From Perna viridis (Eukaryota), in assembly GCA_037379345.1 (NCBI GenBank), contig CM074518.1, forward strand, positions 3,224,001 through 3,288,000: DNA of 64,000 nucleotides. Reading direction: 5' to 3'. Under the pieces are notes generated by a model. It was not told where the DNA came from. It ran no database searches and saw only the letters and a program-made list of their open reading frames with translations. Within the stretch, counting starts at the first letter, position 1; the number at the start of each line of letters is the position of its first letter. This document shows, in pieces, positions 63,712 to 64,000 of this stretch. The translations under genes and the position numbers were made by a program.

Positions 63712-64000
63712 ATTGATGACAATTGTTAAAGAGAATCATGAGTTTCATCCTTAGGCAAGTCCAATGTTCTCTTGTCATTGCATAAACAGTTTAAAGCAAA
63801 CCAGTGCAAAGCAGACACCCAGATAATAAAAGATGTTTGTTAACATAACAAGTTTACTCACATTGATGCCAGAAAATATAAAATGTTGGTAACTTGAAAT
63901 AGTATATTATGCAATATGCATAGTTCTTGCATGCAAGGGATGATCATTGACAAGAATAGTCATCCCAGTCAGATAAACCTCACAATCTACGTCAATAATT

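Overview
AT-rich eukaryotic genomic DNA, most likely from a bivalve mollusc (inferred from the repeat content: Helentron-type elements with ~160-bp internal satellites, Naiad-type Penelope fragments and abundant TACATGTA). The window holds two genes arranged head to head. (1) The first two coding exons of a secreted cystatin-like gene on the minus strand (654-478, 139-95), running off the left edge. (2) A BCL9/Legless Wnt co-activator on the plus strand: predicted promoter near 9.0 kb, candidate non-coding exons across ~35 kb, and four coding exons (44513-44669, 47789-47848, 49902-50236, 51734-55141; ~1319 aa with HD1, HD2 and HD3). The rest is transposon relics and more than a dozen unrelated minisatellites. 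The most notable observations are: a non-tRNA-headed, heavily structured SINE-like retroposon in two copies (candidate ribozyme or RNA motif); a decayed minimal hammerhead ribozyme; an internal read-out of gene-body methylation, where the same Penelope fragment keeps 10 CpGs outside BCL9 and loses all 10 inside it; a minisatellite that has quadruplicated a BCL9 splice donor; an in-frame alternative donor that toggles a SUMO motif; and a uORF-packed leader. All calls were made by eye; no searches or folding programs were run.
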